Below the pieces are notes generated by a model, which saw only the letters and a list, made by a program, of their open reading frames with translations, was not told the DNA's origin and did no database searches. This document shows positions 63,601 through 64,000 of a stretch of 64,000 nucleotides of DNA, in pieces. Every line of letters begins with the position of its first letter. Position 1 is the first letter of the stretch. Where the stretch lies: NCBI GenBank assembly GCA_036172245.1, contig JAYWIR010000026.1, positions 1,302,001-1,366,000 on the forward strand. Reading direction: 5' to 3'. The translations under genes were made by a program, and so were the position numbers. Source of the stretch: Raillietiella orientalis. Lineage: Eukaryota.

Positions 63601-64000
63601 AAGATAAAAAAAAAAAAAAAAAAGTCTTTTCCCGAGGGCCGGCTTGTTTTGGATCTTCGGTTTCCACGAGAGGAGCTCGAGGAGAAGCGGATTCTCCGGG
63701 TCCCCTGACTTCCAGAGGGCGCCACTTAGGGTGTCACCGGTACGGGCGCGACATTCGTGCAGCAGTCTGCTGAGCATGCGCTAATTAACACCCCGAGGAG
63801 TGCGCGTGCTGTGACACACACACATCTGGGAAGACTGCTGCAGATGCGTAACGAGGTACGAGATGCGTGCTAACCCATAATTGAGCCATTCTGCTTCAGA
63901 TGGCTTAATGACCACCGTGTGGTACTTTCGGGTCGTCAGTCCGGCAGGCAGGCTCGTCGGGTGGACTTCGTTCGCTACGAACGCTGGAACACGTCGCACA

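Noticed and set aside
1..64000. CRISPR arrays, rRNA, intact tRNA, LTR or DDE transposase genes, prokaryotic operons
   Set aside because: No regularly spaced repeats, complete cloverleaf, rRNA-like conserved sequence or convincing integrase/transposase motifs seen. Small spliced exons cannot be excluded by eye.

Overview
Eukaryotic, apparently gene-free nuclear DNA from an invertebrate animal. The evidence for an invertebrate is two short mitochondrial insertions (NUMTs) that read best as ND2 and probably ND5 in the invertebrate mitochondrial code. I find no intact protein-coding gene; the ORF track looks like chance ORFs in GC-rich DNA plus short in-frame remnants of retrotransposon proteins. 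Most of the window is a nested mosaic of heavily frameshifted non-LTR retrotransposon fossils: a dozen or more pieces of one L1/Tx1-like family (post-RT region to C-terminal zinc knuckle and 3' UTR), many RTE-like endonuclease/RT pieces, one NeSL/Utopia-like restriction-like-endonuclease element and a probable R4-like RT piece. The striking structure is a set of inverted duplications made of these fossils. A ~5.5 kb-armed palindrome (27181-32674 / 36255-42265) is almost identical in the middle and decays toward both ends. A 785 bp pair (1457-2241 / 6141-6925) shows no differences that I could find. An older ~210 bp fold-back (32665-33206) starts at the inner end of the large left arm. A TE-poor, CpG-rich island (~14.8-20.3 kb) carries promoter-like motifs and is bracketed by mirror-image pairs of TTTATGG sites. 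All family assignments come from motif recognition by eye across frameshifts, with no database search, and relic boundaries are approximate.
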